Source: an uncultured Gemmatimonadales bacterium (GTDB lineage: Bacteria; Gemmatimonadota; Gemmatimonadetes; Gemmatimonadales; Gemmatimonadaceae). Taken from it: a DNA stretch of 64,000 bases. Below, piece by piece: positions 62,361 through 64,000 of the stretch. The stretch's first letter is position 1. Every line of letters begins with the position of its first letter. Location of the stretch: NCBI GenBank assembly GCA_963701965.1, contig OY969695.1, positions 4,064,001 to 4,128,000 on the forward strand, given 5' to 3'. Both the position numbers and the translations under genes were made by a program. Under the pieces are notes generated by a model that worked only from the letters and a program-made list of their open reading frames with translations, made no database searches and was not told where the DNA came from.

Positions 62361-63113
62361 ATGATCCCGCTAGGGGATGACACTCCGACAGTGCGCACGC
62401 CGATCGCGACCTACACCCTGATCGCGATCTGCTTTCTCGTATGGATCCTCTACCAGGGAGCCGGTTTCGATCCCGTCCGCCTGGCGACGACGGTGTGCAA
62501 TACGGGCATGGTTCCGGGCGAGTTGACCCACCTAGCCCCACTAGGAAAGTCCGTGCCGCTTGGCCACGGAATGACCTGCCTCGTTGACAACGACCGCATC
62601 AATATCCTGACGCCCTTCATCTCGATGTTCCTGCACGGCAGTTGGCTGCACATCCTCGCCAACATGCTGTACCTGCTGGTGTTCGGCCGGGCGGTCGAAG
62701 ACAGCATGGGTCGTCTCCGGTTCATCGTCTTCTATTTGATCTGCGGTCTGGTGGCGGCCGCGACCCACATTCTGTTCAACGCCGAGTCGGCGGTCCCCAC
62801 TGTCGGGGCATCAGGCGCGATCTCCGGCGTGATGGGCGCCTACCTCGTGCTCTACCCGCGCGCCTGGGTCCGGATGTTTTTCATCATCTTCGTTGTCCGG
62901 TTCCCGGCCTGGCTGGTGCTCTTGTGGTGGTTCCTGACCGAAGCCTTGGGGGGCCTCGCCCAGCTCAACGAAATCAACCCCGGCGCCTCCAGCGGGGTGG
63001 CCGTGTGGGCCCATATCGGGGGGTTCATCGCCGGCGCCGCGCTGGCCAAATTCTTCGTAAAGGCTTCGCTAGTTCGCACCCGGACCGATCGCGTCCGGCT
63101 GCGGACTATATAG
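62361..63113 (+). CDS. Rhomboid intramembrane serine protease
   Basis: SMFLHG..LH...[10 protein letters not shown] and AHIGGF. Confidence 0.93.
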   Translation: MIPLGDDTPTVRTPIATYTLIAICFLVWILYQGAGFDPVRLATTVCNTGMVPGELTHLAPLGKSVPLGHGMTCLVDNDRINILTPFISMFLHGSWLHILANMLYLLVFGRAVEDSMGRLRFIVFYLICGLVAAATHILFNAESAVPTVGASGAISGVMGAYLVLYPRAWVRMFFIIFVVRFPAWLVLLWWFLTEALGGLAQLNEINPGASSGVAVWAHIGGFIAGAALAKFFVKASLVRTRTDRVRLRTI

Positions 63114-63117
63114 ATTC

Positions 63118-63858
63118 GTGCCCGTGCCTGACCTTCCGCGAGGGGTCGTCTTCCGCGCCGAGGCGGGCCGACTCGGCGACTGGATCGACCACACACTGCT
63201 CCGGGCGGAAGCGACCGCCTCGGATATCGACCGGCTTTGCGCCGAGGCCGCGACGCACCGGCTCGCCGCGGTCTGCGTAAACCCCCAATGGGTCGCCCGA
63301 TGTCGAGAGGCGCTCGACCGTACGGGGGTTGCCGTCGCGACCGTCGTCGGGTTTCCCCTCGGCGCCAGCGCCACCGCGGCAAAAGCCGCCGAGGCGGCCG
63401 ATGCGGTCGATCATGGTGCGGATGAGCTCGATATGGTTGTATCGATCGGGGCGATCCGCGACGCCGATTGGCAATACGTCGAGCACGATATACATGAGGT
63501 CGTTGAAGCGGCATCGGGCGCCCTCATGAAAGTTATTGTAGAGTCCGCAGTCCTGACGCCGACCGAGATCGTGCGGACCTGCCGTGCCGCCCGCGACGCC
63601 GGTGCACACTACGTAAAGACAAGTACCGGCATGCACGCCGCGGGCGGCGCCACGACGGCGGCCGTTGCGCTCATGCGCCTCGCCGTCGGCGACGCCATGG
63701 GCGTCAAGGCATCCGGCGGGATACGGGACTGTACGGCGGCATTCGCGCTCATCGAGAGCGGCGCGACGCGCATTGGCACATCGAACGGCGTTGCGTTGGC
63801 GGACTGTGTCGGGCCGGCGCCCAAGCCGGTCTGCGAACTATTTGGGAGATGGCAATGA
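63118..63858 (+). CDS. deoC: Deoxyribose-phosphate aldolase
   Basis: IDHTLL, GFPLG, ELDMV, KVIVE, VKTSTG, KASGGIR and RIGTS. Confidence 0.95.
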   Translation: MPVPDLPRGVVFRAEAGRLGDWIDHTLLRAEATASDIDRLCAEAATHRLAAVCVNPQWVARCREALDRTGVAVATVVGFPLGASATAAKAAEAADAVDHGADELDMVVSIGAIRDADWQYVEHDIHEVVEAASGALMKVIVESAVLTPTEIVRTCRAARDAGAHYVKTSTGMHAAGGATTAAVALMRLAVGDAMGVKASGGIRDCTAAFALIESGATRIGTSNGVALADCVGPAPKPVCELFGRWQ

Positions 63859-64000
63859 CCACCGTGGACACCGCGACAGCGCAGCCCACTCATTTTCTGA
63901 ACCGCGAGCTGAGCTGGCTCGAGTTCAACGCCCGTGTACTCAGCGAAGCGTTCGACGAGCGCAATCCCCTGCTCGAGCGGCTCAAGTTCCTGGCGATCTT
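63855..64000 (+). CDS. ppk1: Polyphosphate kinase 1, 5' part (runs off the window)
   Basis: Manual translation gives [31 protein letters not shown]. Confidence 0.93.
   Translation, partial: MTTVDTATAQPTHFLNRELSWLEFNARVLSEAFDERNPLLERLKFLAI

Noticed and set aside
62370..62400. CIRCE element near dnaK (TGACACTC...)
   Set aside because: No second half-site at N9 spacing, and it lies inside the rhomboid CDS.

Overview
High-GC core-chromosome segment, probably from a Gemmatimonadota bacterium (inferred from gene order and protein style; no rRNA in the window). It holds about 55 mostly housekeeping CDS: APC permease, nrnA-nifU-mrp-MATE-SAM hydrolase, an ECF sigma/anti-sigma operon, futalosine-type menaquinone genes, purD/mutM, metB-family, glmM/glmS/dtd, an ABC permease-M1 peptidase fusion, LPS genes, trpE, tig-clpP-clpX-lon-engB, htrA, dnaK, deoC and the start of ppk1, plus tRNA-Leu(TAG). 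Unusual elements: (1) two 4-copy arrays of one covarying double-hairpin repeat (66 bp at 14026-14289, 68 bp at 53035-53306) and a 4-copy in-frame 45-bp palindromic repeat inside glmM; (2) a small islet at the tRNA-Leu 3' end, bounded by a diverged tRNA 3' copy, encoding a stand-alone proteasome-beta/Ntn-fold protein with Thr1/Asp17/Lys retained plus a Pro-rich micro-ORF; (3) an atypical six-gene chaperone-usher-like pilus locus; (4) all 8 apparent frameshifts and 4 odd substitutions sit on or beside CATC/GATG, suggesting a base-modification-linked sequencing error rather than pseudogenes; (5) recurrent TAnnnT boxes 5-9 nt before start codons, several near-cognate starts, and three matching ECF-type promoters. 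All family calls are from motif recognition by eye, not database searches.
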